Positions 1 through 8,480 of a stretch of 33,344 bases of DNA are shown in pieces. Made by a program: the position numbers and the translations under genes. Numbering within the stretch: the stretch's first letter is position 1; the number at the start of each line of letters is the position of its first letter. This DNA is from an uncultured Gudongella sp. (GTDB lineage Bacteria > Bacillota > Clostridia > Tissierellales > Tissierellaceae). The notes under the pieces were generated by a model. That model had not been told where the DNA came from, made no database searches, and worked only from the letters and a program-made list of their open reading frames with translations. The stretch spans positions 1-33,344 of the forward strand of contig CAYMHD010000002.1 in the NCBI GenBank assembly GCA_964390135.1. Direction: 5' to 3'.

Positions 1-828
1 GACATTATCTTCTCAAGGGGTTCATACAGGCTTTCTGTTTCATCCAGTATCTCAACCTCCTGGGCAGTCAGAGGATTCACATAGGTGTGGGAAATCTCAT
101 GGACCAGGACGTTGATGAAAATCTCCTCATCGTCATAGACTCCCAGGGTCGGCAGCACCTCAAGGGATCCAGTCTTAAGGTCTATGGATACGCCGTAGGC
201 GTTCTTTGCATGGGGAGTGACGGTGATGATTGAATTCTGGATGGGTTTTCCATAGAAGTCCTCAACAACCTCCTCCACATTGTAGGAGGTCAGCATATGA
301 TGGCCCATATCCATCATCCTTATGTATTCCTCCTTGTTCTCCATAAAGTATGAATCAAAGTCACTGTCCATTCTGAAGGCCTTAAGGTAGGCCATAAGCT
401 TCTCCATATTATCCAGTCCGCCGGACCTTTTCATAGTAAACTCATTGATCTCTATATCATCCCTCAACCTGAAATCCTCATTGAAATGATAGATTGAGGA
501 AGGTCATCATGGAAGAAAGCAGCTTCACGAACTCATGGTCCCCAAATTCCTCGAATCTTTCTTTGCCGACCTCTATGTAGGGTGTGTCCTTCTGGTAATT
601 GGTGAAGTCATTGGCCCTGTTTGTCATCTCAACAGCCAGGTATGTTGCCTCAATCATTGGACTTACTCTGAACCTTATCCCTGATTCAGGGTTGTAGTAA
701 ATGGATTTCTCAGGCTCATACCCTTCAAAGCGTGGGTCATCCAGACTCAGGTCCGGGACTGAGCTTGGGGAGGTGCATCCGGATAAAATTAATAGCATAG
801 CCATCATCAACACAATAAATTTTCTCAT
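1..828 (-). pseudogene. DUF4932-like HExxH metalloprotease lipoprotein, frameshifted near 504; 3' end lies beyond the window
   Basis: ATG at 828 with RBS GGAGGT and lipobox MRKFIVLMMAMLLILSG-C. The frame stops at TGA 478-480, but a +1 frame opens at about 503 (PSSIYHFNEDFRLRDD...KRSGGLDNMEKLMAYLKAFRMDSDFDSYF...DFYG...LVHEISHTYVNP) and stays open to base 1. Confidence 0.7.
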
Positions 829-989
829 TACATTACCTCCAATAGTTTGACAACATAATAACATGATATTATACAAATGTTAACACTTCAACAATTAATT
901 GGCATATTACAAAAAATACATTAAAGAAAGAATAGCTTCAAAACCAAATATGGCTCGCATACTTATGACAAAACCGTTACAATTCTTTA

Positions 990-1004
990 AATATTCAGAA
1001 TACG
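990..1004 (+). promoter_or_regulatory. Possible CodY box upstream of the ABC operon
   Basis: AATATTCAGAATACG matches 11/15 positions of AATTTTCWGAAAATT; it lies just upstream of a TATAAT at 1029-1034. Confidence 0.3.
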
Positions 1005-1104
1005 GTTTATCACACTTTTAAAATGCGATATAATCAAGAGGTGACCCAGCAATTCTTAAATAGTGCAAGTACAAATATCACAATCCAATCGGCAGGTGAA
1101 CATA

Positions 1105-3543
1105 TTGCGTAGCTACAAAATTGGAAAATGGATTAAATACATACTCTTTATGGCAGGTGTCTTGGCAGCTGCCTTTTTGTTCTGGAATGATAACGACTTT
1201 GATGAAAGCCTCTTGAACACCGATAATATTCTCAATCACATCCAGGAGCTTTCATCAGAAGACTATAATGGTAGGCTGGCAGGCTCGGAGGGAGATGAGA
1301 AGGCCCTTAAGTATATTGAGAACCATTTCAGGGAGCTTGGAATTGAGCCTGCAGGAGAAGACGGTACATATTATCAGAAGTTTTCAGTAATGATCCCTCA
1401 GTTGGATACTGATCCCACCTTTACAATTAGCTCGGCGGATGGGGAAACAATAAGGGAATTTAAGATGTATGAGGATTACAATGCCCTTCCGTCAATGAAC
1501 GGTGGAAGCATAGACTTTTCAGGAGAACTGATCTCTTTAGGCAGCGACCTCTTAAGAACCGACCCTGACCTTATCCGGGAACGCATTGTAATAATCGAAG
1601 CCAACAGACTCCTCCCCAAGCACCAGGAATACGTCATCCAGGCAGGAGGAAGGGGAATAATCTGCAGCTCGGATATGAACTTATTTGGAAGTCTGCTTAA
1701 GTATGCGTCACGAAAGCAATTGAGCACTGCAGGTAAAACCGGCAGGTCAATCCTTACCGGATATATCTCAAATGAAACCTACCGGGATTTGCTGGGCCTT
1801 ATGGAGAATCGGGACAAGGGAGATGAACAGCAGCCGTATCCTGTCCTTGGAGGGACAAGAATAAAGGTTGAAATGGAGTTTCCAATTGCTGAGACTGCAA
1901 ACATCATGGGAAAGATTGAAGGAAAAGGGACGGATGGAAGTGTACTTTTGATATCAGCAGGCTTAGATGGCCTTGGAGAAGGAACTGACGGGAAGTATTT
2001 CCCTGGTGTGGTCAACAACACTTCCGGCATAGCCACAATACTTGAAATTGCAAGAGTGATGGCAAGCCAGGAGAGTATTCCATATGAGACGGTGGTGTTT
2101 GTCGGGTGGAACGGTCAACAGCAGCAGCTTGCAGGTTCAAGCCACTACATGGACTATCCGGTATTTCCGATGGAGAATTCCTCCCTGATCCATCTGGAGG
2201 GTTTGGGAAAGGAAAGCATGGAGGGGATTAAAATTTCAGCACACATGGCCAATGGAGCCATGCTAAAGGACAGGATACTTGATTACTCGCAGGATGCTGA
2301 TTTAAGTGCTGTTGAGGACAGTTCAATCACAGGTGTCATAAACCAGTTCAACGATAGCAAGGCACCAGCAGTGCTTTTAAGGGATACTGCTGATGTTCAG
2401 GATACCTATGATGATACGCTTGAGAATATGGATAGGGATACACTTGAAAATTCAGCCTCAGTTCTTCTTAACTACATTAAAAGGGATGTATACAGGGACC
2501 GGGGATTTGATTATCTCAGTATTATTGAGAAGGCGATAATTGCAATGGTGGCTTTCGGTTCCCTTGTAAGCTACTTGATAGTAGCTGCCTACAACAGGGA
2601 ACCAAATAGGAAAGTCTTTGGCAAGACATTGGAAAGCATTTATTACTCAGCTCCAGCAGTTCTTCTGAAAAAGGGAATGACCTTGGTGGTGTCTTTGTTC
2701 ATAGCCATATTCATGCTTTCCCTTCTTGCAAATATTGATCCTGGCACTGATGTTAGAACTACCAGCAATGGTATATCGTCAAATTTTTCTTTGTATTTGA
2801 CAATAAAGAGGAGTGTAATCTACATAAGGACAATGCTAAGTCCGGGAAGCTATCAGCTCACTGGAACTGGAAACATCTTTGAGATAATGTACAGGTCCAG
2901 CAGGCTAAGCATAATCCTGATTTCCGCCTCTCTCCTGATTTCGACTTTTTTGGGAATATTAATAGGAATGTATGAAGGATACAGGTCCAGAAAATCAAGA
3001 CTGGGTTCCCTTGGAACACTGGTTTTCTTCTCCATACCAGATGTGCTGATTGTCCTGTTTACATTACTTGGCTACATATTCCTGTTCAAGAGAATGCCCG
3101 CGGTTGGAGAGATGGAGTACATAAAAGGCTTTATTATGCCTCTCTTCACCCTTTCCATAATCCCAACAATATACATTTCAAGGATTACCTTTATCACTGT
3201 TCAGGGGGAGATGGGCAAGGATTATACCAGAAACGCCATGGCAAAGGGCTTTTCAAGGAGAAAGACCGTCTTTAGGGAGCTTGCTCCGGTAGTTCTATTC
3301 AAGATTGTTGACACAATGCCGGCAATCATGACAATGCTGCTTACCAACATGATAGTTGTGGAGTGGCTGTTCAACTATCAGGGAATTCTCTACTACCTCC
3401 TATATTTCAACAACAGACAGGATGTTTACAGGTTCGTACCACTTTCCCTGGTTTTGGGCCTGGTCTATATAACAGCAACTTGGGGATTTCAATTTATTGC
3501 AAGGCTAATCAATCCATTGAAGACAAAGGGGGCAAAGAGATGA
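1105..3543 (+). CDS. Fusion: degenerate M28 peptidase/PA-like extracellular domain + OppB/DppB-type ABC permease
   Basis: N-terminal TM anchor. M28-like segments HIQELSSEDYNGRLAGSEG, ANIMGKIEG, ISAGLDGLG, PGVVNNTSG, WNGQQQQLAGS. C-terminal OppB motifs FSIPD, KDYTRNAMAKG, IVVEWLFNYQG. Start is probably TTG 1105 (RBS AGGTGA); the ORF is open from 1063. Confidence 0.85.
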   Translation: MRSYKIGKWIKYILFMAGVLAAAFLFWNDNDFDESLLNTDNILNHIQELSSEDYNGRLAGSEGDEKALKYIENHFRELGIEPAGEDGTYYQKFSVMIPQLDTDPTFTISSADGETIREFKMYEDYNALPSMNGGSIDFSGELISLGSDLLRTDPDLIRERIVIIEANRLLPKHQEYVIQAGGRGIICSSDMNLFGSLLKYASRKQLSTAGKTGRSILTGYISNETYRDLLGLMENRDKGDEQQPYPVLGGTRIKVEMEFPIAETANIMGKIEGKGTDGSVLLISAGLDGLGEGTDGKYFPGVVNNTSGIATILEIARVMASQESIPYETVVFVGWNGQQQQLAGSSHYMDYPVFPMENSSLIHLEGLGKESMEGIKISAHMANGAMLKDRILDYSQDADLSAVEDSSITGVINQFNDSKAPAVLLRDTADVQDTYDDTLENMDRDTLENSASVLLNYIKRDVYRDRGFDYLSIIEKAIIAMVAFGSLVSYLIVAAYNREPNRKVFGKTLESIYYSAPAVLLKKGMTLVVSLFIAIFMLSLLANIDPGTDVRTTSNGISSNFSLYLTIKRSVIYIRTMLSPGSYQLTGTGNIFEIMYRSSRLSIILISASLLISTFLGILIGMYEGYRSRKSRLGSLGTLVFFSIPDVLIVLFTLLGYIFLFKRMPAVGEMEYIKGFIMPLFTLSIIPTIYISRITFITVQGEMGKDYTRNAMAKGFSRRKTVFRELAPVVLFKIVDTMPAIMTMLLTNMIVVEWLFNYQGILYYLLYFNNRQDVYRFVPLSLVLGLVYITATWGFQFIARLINPLKTKGAKR

Positions 3544-5798
3544 AAAAGATCAACCTGCCTTTGATACTTGGAACAATGATACTTATAGTTATACTACTGG
3601 TCATGTCTTTTCCAGACATGTTCACCGACAACAGTCCCTATACCATACAGCTAATGAGGTTCATCCATGAAGACGGGAAGCTTTCGGCGGAAAGGGCACC
3701 CTTTGCGCCAGGTGATGACTACCCCTTGGGAAGCGATGACCTGGGGAGGGACATTTTCAGCTATATAATACACGGAACCAGATTGACCATTTCTCTGGGA
3801 GTTCTTATTGCAGTGGGTCAGTTTTTAATAGCCATACCCATGGCTTTGCTGGGCGGGTTTGGAAACAGGCTGGCCGGGTCCATTATCAGACAGTCCAATA
3901 TAATTTTTTCTGCAATCCCTGCACTTCTCATATCAATTATTCTGCTTAAGCTCAGATTTATAACAAATCTTGACAAGCAAAGCTCAATAATAGCCTTTGT
4001 GCTTATCCTTACGGCAGTGAGCTGGCCAAAGCTGGGTAGCCTGATTTTCGAAAGGGTCCAGTCCATACTCCAACAGCCCTTTATAAAGGGAGAGGTTGCA
4101 ATAGGGAAAAGAAAATCAAGGATTGCAATGGAAAATGTCATTCCCCACCTGGCTCCGGAGCTTGTGATACTGTTTTTCATGGAAATTGCCAGAAATCTTT
4201 CCATGATCATGCAGCTGGGGATATTCTCAATTTTTGTTGGGAATCTGGGGCTGATAAATGACGGGATGTCAGGTGCTCGCATAAATACCGACATCAGCTT
4301 CGAGCCTGAGTGGGCCAGCATGCTGAGCACATCAAGGACCCTTATAAGCACTGCCCCCTGGGCGGTAATCTATCCTGCCTTGGCATTTTTCATAAGTGTA
4401 CTGGGCTTCAATCTATTTGGGGAAGGTTTGAGAAACACGATCCAAAGGAAGGATTCAAGGATGCCACTGGTTTTCAGGAAGCTGATTTCCCTGGAGTTCA
4501 AATATTTATGGAATATGGTGGACAGGAAATTTAAACTTAAGCTTGTGAGTGGGACAATCATTTTGCTTGCCTCCTTTTCAGCACTTAGCTTTGCCAACAG
4601 GGGTGACTACAGGGTGACTGTCGACTCAAACCCTGATATTTTTCCACAGGAAGTCATAATCGGCTCGGGAAACATTGGAGAAGTGGTCCAAACAATAACT
4701 GGGAGGATGGCTCAGCTTGGAATCACTCCCCTGGAGGATGGCTATGAAATGAACTATGACATTGGTCCATCCTTTATGATTGTAGACCAGGGAATGAGTA
4801 TAGATACTGGAGATGAAATCATCCAGCTTGAGCCAAATTCCGACTTTACATTTACCACATCCGGTAGCAGCAAGGATGAGGGGCATGTATATGATGCAAG
4901 CCGGATGGATCTTTTCAGTGTTGATGACTTAAAGGAATTTGAAGATAAATTCATTCTAATCGATAAAAGGTTCTACAATGACCTGTCAATAAACCACTTC
5001 ATTGAAAGCTTGGTGAATAATGTTCAAATAAAGGGCATTCTTCTTGTAGCTGAAAAGGACGAGAGCATGGATGGGTTTATCACTGACAGGAGTCAGGGAC
5101 TATCGGTTATTCTAATCTCAAGGGACATTGCAGGGATTATCAGGTCAAACCCTGAATCCAGGATTTCCATCAATAGTTCAGTGAAGCCCCTGGAAGGGGA
5201 TGGGAGTAATGTGGTTGGAATACTCCCGGGTGAGGATGAAAACATTGGTGATGAAGCCATAGTTGTGGGCATGAACTACAACTATTCAAGTGACAAGGGA
5301 AGTGACCTGCTGGAGTTCAATCTGGAGCTTATGGAGAGATTGTGCCAGCAAGAGGGCAACAAGAGGTCAATAATATTCATGTTTCTTGATGGGACAATTG
5401 ATGAGAGGCGACATGGAATAAACTACATGGTGGAGGATTTTCCTTACAGCCCCAACAAGGTGGAGGTTTATCTGGACCTTACCGGACTGGTCCACAGGGA
5501 GTTTGACAGTATCCGATTCAGCTCGGCTCAGGCTCCTGTTACAAGGCAATTTGCATGGAGTCTGGGACATCACATGGAGAATGAGCTGCTGGATGAAGGA
5601 TTTGACTTGGTCCAGCTTCAAACCAGGTCTGTGGAGAATGAATACTATTTCACTGGGAGTCAGGCTGACAATGCAATGTTTTGGGAAAGGGGAATCCCAA
5701 CCGTCCACATTCTTACTGATGAAGCCGGTGAAGGGACCCGAAACATAGAGGAGCTGGGAAGCATACTCCTTGAGGTAATCAACAGAAACAACTATTGA
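3540..5798 (+). CDS. Fusion: OppC/DppC-type ABC permease + C-terminal degenerate M28/PA-like extracellular domain
   Basis: ATG 3540 overlaps the upstream TGA (ATGA). OppC motifs PLGSDDLGRDIFS, PEWASML, GFNLFGEGLR, then an extra TM and M28-like SNVVGILPG..DEAIVVG and ADNAMFWERGIPTV. Confidence 0.85.
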   Translation: MKKINLPLILGTMILIVILLVMSFPDMFTDNSPYTIQLMRFIHEDGKLSAERAPFAPGDDYPLGSDDLGRDIFSYIIHGTRLTISLGVLIAVGQFLIAIPMALLGGFGNRLAGSIIRQSNIIFSAIPALLISIILLKLRFITNLDKQSSIIAFVLILTAVSWPKLGSLIFERVQSILQQPFIKGEVAIGKRKSRIAMENVIPHLAPELVILFFMEIARNLSMIMQLGIFSIFVGNLGLINDGMSGARINTDISFEPEWASMLSTSRTLISTAPWAVIYPALAFFISVLGFNLFGEGLRNTIQRKDSRMPLVFRKLISLEFKYLWNMVDRKFKLKLVSGTIILLASFSALSFANRGDYRVTVDSNPDIFPQEVIIGSGNIGEVVQTITGRMAQLGITPLEDGYEMNYDIGPSFMIVDQGMSIDTGDEIIQLEPNSDFTFTTSGSSKDEGHVYDASRMDLFSVDDLKEFEDKFILIDKRFYNDLSINHFIESLVNNVQIKGILLVAEKDESMDGFITDRSQGLSVILISRDIAGIIRSNPESRISINSSVKPLEGDGSNVVGILPGEDENIGDEAIVVGMNYNYSSDKGSDLLEFNLELMERLCQQEGNKRSIIFMFLDGTIDERRHGINYMVEDFPYSPNKVEVYLDLTGLVHREFDSIRFSSAQAPVTRQFAWSLGHHMENELLDEGFDLVQLQTRSVENEYYFTGSQADNAMFWERGIPTVHILTDEAGEGTRNIEELGSILLEVINRNNY

Positions 5799-5839
5799 TG
5801 GATATAATATGTGAGATCGAAATGTCAGGGGCTGATAAG

Positions 5840-6802
5840 ATGGAAGAAAAACTATTGGATGTCAGGAACATGAAGGTTTCCTTCTATGATGAGAAGGGTA
5901 GCATTCAGGTGGTACGTGGCTTTGACATAAGCCTGAACAGGGGAGAGATTGTAGGAATACTGGGTGAATCGGGAAGCGGCAAGACAGTATCCTCAAGCTC
6001 AATAATCAAATTGGTGGACGAATCTCTTGGAAGGGTTGATTCCGGAGAGGCAATATTCAAGGGAAGGGATCTTCTTAAGCTGACAGAAAAAGACCTTAAG
6101 AGCATAAGGGGAAAGGAGATATCATATGTATTCCAGAACTCCTCGGCAGCCCTGAGTCCCTACAAGAGAATCGGAAAGCAGCTGGGTGAGGTTTTAAGAA
6201 CCCATGGACTGCCTGATTCCAAGGAGCATATCCTGAAAACACTGGAAGAGGTGGGACTGGAGAATGGTGAGAGGATATATGATATGTATCCCTTTCAGCT
6301 GAGCGGAGGGCAGAATCAGAGGATCATGATCGCACAATGCATCCTGTGTGATCCGGACCTCCTTATTGCAGATGAGCCTACAAGCTCCATAGATGCTTCC
6401 CTCCAGAAGACGATCCTGGATCTGATAAGGGAAATAAGTACAAGAAACCAGATGTCAGTAATTATCATAACCCATGACTTTGGGGTTGCCAGGTATATTT
6501 GTGACAGACTTATGGTTATGTATGGGGGCTTGGTAGTTGAAGAGGGCACCATTGATGAAATACTAAACTCCCCCCTTCACCCCTACACAAGGGAACTGAT
6601 AAGGTGTGCCCAGTCTTTGGCCAAGGATGATGAGACCATGTACACAATAGAAGGATCTCCTCCCACTCCATACCAGTTCAGGGACGAGTGCCCCTTCTAT
6701 GGTAGATGTAACTTGAGGGAGGATGCCTGTAGGGAGGGTATCCCTGAAAGAATTGATATTGATGGAAGAAGAGTGCGATGCATAAGATATGAAAAGAGGT
6801 GA
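5840..6802 (+). CDS. oppD: Oligopeptide/dipeptide ABC transporter ATP-binding subunit (OppD/DppD type)
   Basis: Walker A GESGSGKT, signature LSGGQ, Walker B LLIADEPT, HPYT and C-terminal CPF..RC...C...C motif. Start probably ATG 5840 (ORF open from 5795). Confidence 0.9.
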   Translation: MEEKLLDVRNMKVSFYDEKGSIQVVRGFDISLNRGEIVGILGESGSGKTVSSSSIIKLVDESLGRVDSGEAIFKGRDLLKLTEKDLKSIRGKEISYVFQNSSAALSPYKRIGKQLGEVLRTHGLPDSKEHILKTLEEVGLENGERIYDMYPFQLSGGQNQRIMIAQCILCDPDLLIADEPTSSIDASLQKTILDLIREISTRNQMSVIIITHDFGVARYICDRLMVMYGGLVVEEGTIDEILNSPLHPYTRELIRCAQSLAKDDETMYTIEGSPPTPYQFRDECPFYGRCNLREDACREGIPERIDIDGRRVRCIRYEKR

Positions 6803-7586
6803 CCATGCCTTGGGCGTTATTCTTAGAACAGAAGACCTATCAAAACATTACATCATAAAAGGTGGAGCATTTGCCAAAAAGCAGGTAATCCAGGCTGCCA
6901 AGAAGGTTTCTTTCCAGGTGATGGAGAATGAGTCCCTGGGACTGATCGGGGAAAGCGGCTCAGGAAAGAGTACAATAGCAAATCTGATCCTAAGGCTGAC
7001 CCAGCCCAGTGGAGGTAGGATTGAGCTCTTTGGAGTGGATGTGACCTCTTTGAAGGAAGAGGAGATGCGCAGGCACAGAAAGGACATTCAAATAATTTTT
7101 CAGTACACAAATGATGTCCTTGATCCCCAGATGACAGTTGACGAGCTCCTGAAGGAGCCCCTGAAGATACACAGGATAGTGAAGGATAGTGAAATGGACC
7201 AGGAGGTTGCAAGGCTTCTGGAGCAGGTTGGGTTGTCTCCATCTGAAAGGTGGAAGCTTCCAGGTCAGCTCAGTGGAGGGCAGAACCAGAGGATAATCAT
7301 AGCCAGGGCAATAGCAACCAGGGCAAGGCTGATAGTATGTGATGAGCCTGTATCCGCATTGGACGTATCGGTCCAGGGGCAGATACTGAACCTTTTGATA
7401 AGACTCAAGGAGGAGCTGAACCTTTCATACCTGTTCATTTCCCATGACCTGAAGGTGATAAGACATATGTGTGACAAGATAGCGGTTATGAAAGATGGGG
7501 AGATAGTTGAAATGGGAGATACAGAGGAAGTACTTAACAACCCCCGACATGACTACACGAAGAAACTGATTGAGGCAATACTTTGA
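6789..7586 (+). CDS. oppF: Oligopeptide/dipeptide ABC transporter ATP-binding subunit (OppF/DppF type)
   Basis: GESGSGKST, LSGGQ, IVCDEPVSALDVS, PRHDYTKKL. TTG 6810 (RBS GAGGTG) is an alternative start. Confidence 0.9.
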   Translation: MKRGDHALGVILRTEDLSKHYIIKGGAFAKKQVIQAAKKVSFQVMENESLGLIGESGSGKSTIANLILRLTQPSGGRIELFGVDVTSLKEEEMRRHRKDIQIIFQYTNDVLDPQMTVDELLKEPLKIHRIVKDSEMDQEVARLLEQVGLSPSERWKLPGQLSGGQNQRIIIARAIATRARLIVCDEPVSALDVSVQGQILNLLIRLKEELNLSYLFISHDLKVIRHMCDKIAVMKDGEIVEMGDTEEVLNNPRHDYTKKLIEAIL

Positions 7587-7614
7587 GTCAATGGGGACGG
7601 TTCTTTTTGACTCA
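7584..7614 (+). repeat. REP-like palindrome, copy 1
   Basis: TGAGTCA-ATGGGGACGGTTCTTTT-TGACTCA; begins on the oppF stop codon. Confidence 0.9.
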
Positions 7615-7649
7615 TTGCTTGATATGAAACTTATCTATGGAGGTTGAAA

Positions 7650-8480
7650 ATGCCAAGGAAGCCACGGAGACCAAGTAATACAGGTATTTATCATGTTATG
7701 ATAAGAGGTAATGAAAAGAAGGACATCTTTGCAGACGACAAGGACAAGAAGAAGCTTGTTAAGGTACTGAAAAATACTAAGGCAGAAGGGGCCTGCAACA
7801 TTTTTGCTTTCTGCATAATGAATAACCATGCTCACTTTGTTATGGAAGAGAGCGGTAAAGACATATCCAATATAATGAAAAGTATCAACACATGCTACGC
7901 AGCATACTACAACAGAAAGCATGACAGGGTTGGGCATGTATTTCAGGATAGGTTCAAAAGTGAGCCTGTTGAAAATGAAAGATACCTGCTGCAGGTCATT
8001 AGGTATGTTCACAATAATCCAGTAAAGGCGGAAGTGGTTTCAAAGCCAGAGGATTACATATGGAGCAGCTATAGGCAATATATAGACAGTGACAGGATGC
8101 AAGACGACTTTATTTCTATGGAACCTGTATTGGAGTTATATGGAAAAAACAAGGTCAGTGCTATAACAAAATTAATTGATTTTACCAGAGGAAATGATGA
8201 AAAGGAATTTCTGGATGTTCATGATGGGGATGCAAAGTCTAGAGAGATGCACAGGGCTATTGAAGACTTTCTTAACAGTAATAAGATAGATAGGGATAAC
8301 CTAAAAAATGATCTGCAAATCAGGAACAAGCTGATATTAATGCTTCGAGAGGAATACGGCTTTTCAATAAGGTCTATTGAGAAAGAAATGGGTATAAATC
8401 GGAATATCATCCAAAGGGTATCAATACTAAATGAGTCAAAAAGAACCGTCCCCAATGACTCAGAGGAGGAACAGATGTAA
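7650..8480 (+). CDS. REP-associated tyrosine transposase (RAYT, IS200/IS605-superfamily Y1 HUH nuclease)
   Basis: MPRKPR..GIYHVMIRGN, HUH motif MNNHAHF, GHVFQDRFKS, catalytic YVHNNPVKA, WSSY and a C-terminal HTH-like segment. RBS GGAGG precedes ATG 7650. Confidence 0.9.
   Translation: MPRKPRRPSNTGIYHVMIRGNEKKDIFADDKDKKKLVKVLKNTKAEGACNIFAFCIMNNHAHFVMEESGKDISNIMKSINTCYAAYYNRKHDRVGHVFQDRFKSEPVENERYLLQVIRYVHNNPVKAEVVSKPEDYIWSSYRQYIDSDRMQDDFISMEPVLELYGKNKVSAITKLIDFTRGNDEKEFLDVHDGDAKSREMHRAIEDFLNSNKIDRDNLKNDLQIRNKLILMLREEYGFSIRSIEKEMGINRNIIQRVSILNESKRTVPNDSEEEQM
8432..8462 (-). repeat. REP-like palindrome, copy 2 (inverted, inside the RAYT 3' end)
   Basis: TGAGTCA-AAAAGAACCGTCCCCAA-TGACTCA, the reverse complement of copy 1 with one mismatch. 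Confidence 0.9.

Larger units (their letters stand above)
7584..8462 (+). mobile_element. REPtron: RAYT gene bounded by inverted REP palindromes
   Basis: A Y1/HUH transposase gene lies between two inverted 31-bp copies (7584-7614 and 8432-8462) that differ at one base. Confidence 0.75.

Noticed and set aside
478-480. TGA in the lipoprotein gene as a possible selenocysteine codon
   Set aside because: The same frame hits another stop six codons later, and the protein-like sequence continues in a different frame, so this is a frameshift.
829-1104. Riboswitch or ncRNA in the longest intergenic regions (also 15788-15957, 29563-29802)
   Set aside because: AT-rich with promoter-like motifs only; I recognised no T-box, riboswitch, tRNA or rRNA signatures.
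3363-3539. N-terminal extension of the OppC fusion
   Set aside because: Overlaps the upstream gene; the ATGA coupling at 3540 is the natural start.
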